A program made the position numbers and the translations under genes. The notes below the pieces were generated by a model. The model made no database searches, was not told where the DNA came from, and saw nothing but the letters and a program-made list of their open reading frames with translations. From Anthoceros angustus (taxonomy: Eukaryota > Plantae > Anthocerotophyta), in NCBI GenBank assembly GCA_010909165.1, contig MU008183.1, positions 620,001-684,000 on the forward strand: a DNA stretch of 64,000 nucleotides, in the 5' to 3' direction. This document shows, in pieces, positions 62,398 through 64,000 of the stretch. How positions within the stretch are numbered: the first letter of the stretch is position 1; the number at the start of each line of letters is the position of its first letter.

Positions 62398-63437
62398 GGT
62401 GCACCTCCCAGTGTCGGGGTTTGGGTGGCCAGCAACTCCTCCAAGTTCGTACCGCGGTTGAGACACAACTGGAAAATCGGTGGCCCCAACGGTGGCACCA
62501 GGTCAATTATCCCTTGAATCAGTAGCCAACAGCTTTCCAGAGGGACCCATCTAAAATGATCGGGGTGTTCTGGATCCGTGAGGGGAAAGCTAGGCTTCGC
62601 AGGCTGCTCAGGCTGCTTAGATTGCTCAGGCTGCTCAGATTGCTCAGGCTGCTCAGATTGCTCGGGCTGCTCAGATTGCTCGGGCTGCTCAGATTGCTCA
62701 GGCTGCTCAGATTGCTCAGGCTGTTCAGGCTGCTCAAAGTAGAGCAGCACAGCTTTGTGCTCGGCGAGACCTATCTCCACCAAATTGGGACTCGTTCTGT
62801 ACTCTCCGAAGTGGAGAATGGGCGGCCAAATGTGACCGGGTCTCAACGTTCCTGCGTCCTTCAGGCTATGCAGGATATCCCTTAGCCTAACTACGCTGGA
62901 ATCTCCGTACAGTTTCACTGCCCCCTTTAACCAATGTAATAGGCGGCACGAGCCCATGGCCCAATAATCATCCACCAGAAGATAGAGCTTGCGTGTTCCC
63001 TCTATCTCTCGTTCGTGTATGGCCAACAAGCGCACTATGAACTGGTCCTTCATGTCGTCCCTGACGGAACTCCACACCAGTTTTGTGGCAGAGTTGGGAC
63101 CATCCGCCAAATCACCAGCTACATTCCGGGCAGGCCGTGAATCGGCATTAATCGGCCTAGGATTGAACAGCACGGCCATATGCGAGGACCTCGGAAGGCT
63201 CCTTTGCTCCATGACATTCGTTTCCTCCCGAGCACCAGCTACATTCCGGGCAGGCCGTGAATCAACAATGTTAATCGGCCTAGTCGAATTGAACGGCACG
63301 GTCAGATGCGAGGGCCTCGGAAGGCTTCTTTCCTCCATGACATTCCTTTCCTCCCTCCCGCTCCCTGCAGAATCCTCGCCCTCCGTCTGTGTATTCGTGT
63401 TTTCCTCCCTCGAGCTCTCTGAATCCTCTTCCTCCAT
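62358..63437 (-). CDS. Orphan protein, 359 aa, intronless, with EQPEQS repeats; paralogue of 58365-59384
   Basis: Clean ORF with the same conserved blocks as the first copy; it has an N-terminal internal duplication (EERSLPR.SH..V.FN..DSRPARNVAG x2) and 18-bp repeats at ~62600-62735. Confidence 0.72.
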   Translation of the reverse strand: MEEEDSESSREENTNTQTEGEDSAGSGREERNVMEERSLPRPSHLTVPFNSTRPINIVDSRPARNVAGAREETNVMEQRSLPRSSHMAVLFNPRPINADSRPARNVAGDLADGPNSATKLVWSSVRDDMKDQFIVRLLAIHEREIEGTRKLYLLVDDYWAMGSCRLLHWLKGAVKLYGDSSVVRLRDILHSLKDAGTLRPGHIWPPILHFGEYRTSPNLVEIGLAEHKAVLLYFEQPEQPEQSEQPEQSEQPEQSEQPEQSEQPEQSEQPEQSKQPEQPAKPSFPLTDPEHPDHFRWVPLESCWLLIQGIIDLVPPLGPPIFQLCLNRGTNLEELLATQTPTLGGAPASAFLNIPGIST

Positions 63438-64000
63438 CCGTGAATTCAGTTTTCCTCCATCCCTGAAGAATATAATGCTTTAATCGAATCGCACCATTAA
63501 TTTAGGGAAGTTTGCGACGCTGTATGTAGATGTTTGCGGTCTGGTGTCTCTCTGGCGACCGTTGGCCCACGAACCGTGTTTCATCTTCCAGCGGAAAATC
63601 CCTGCCCTAATTCCCACCAAATTGAATCCGAAAGCAGTGTTCCAGAAAGCACCGATAATTGGGCAGCATGCTCATCATCCGATTCAGCTACCTACTTCAT
63701 AGGTTGCTTACATTCTGTTTTCATGACATTCATTCTCGTTTTTCTCTTTTGTCATCCGTAGCACCTCTCGTCTTCCAGGAGTTGGCTGTGACGCTGCTCG
63801 TCTTCAGGCATGACGACCTACGACGACGATGTCAGCTCGGGCTCGCAGCCCTGCGGCTTGTGATACGATCCGCAGCTACATCTGCTTTGAATCCTTCGGA
63901 GCGCTCCAGATCACTTCCCGGAGACCGCGGACGATCTTTTGAAGCCCGATGACACGGACTTGCCCTTCACAGCCACCGACGGGTAATTTGGCTATCACCA

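Overview
Eukaryotic, non-seed land-plant DNA. The lineage is inferred as Selaginella-like from short introns, a plant H3.3, DMP and a PLS-type PPR remnant. There are two compartments. (1) About 1-30 kb is a nested, indel-riddled transposon block. It holds a minus-strand Ty3/gypsy element with a C5-cytosine DNA methyltransferase domain between protease and RT, a second Gag-protease module, a DUF7869-type DDE transposase, further gypsy fragments and a chromovirus pol. Several local tandem duplications and one N lie in this block. (2) About 30-64 kb is gene-dense with clean ORFs: DMP (DUF679), histone H3.3, a PPR pseudogene, a thaumatin-like protein, a secreted bicupin, a P450 pseudogene, an epoxide hydrolase and an FBH/AKS-type bHLH. 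It also holds an unrecognised 724-aa gene (N-terminal helical domain plus four tandem beta-rich repeats, each split by an intron at the same codon) lying head-to-head with a probable decayed NB-ARC-LRR gene, and a convergent pair of orphan paralogues with independently expanded EQPEQS repeats around a Myb/Harbinger-like remnant. No rRNA, tRNA or CRISPR array was found. All family calls are by-eye motif recognition; no database search was run.
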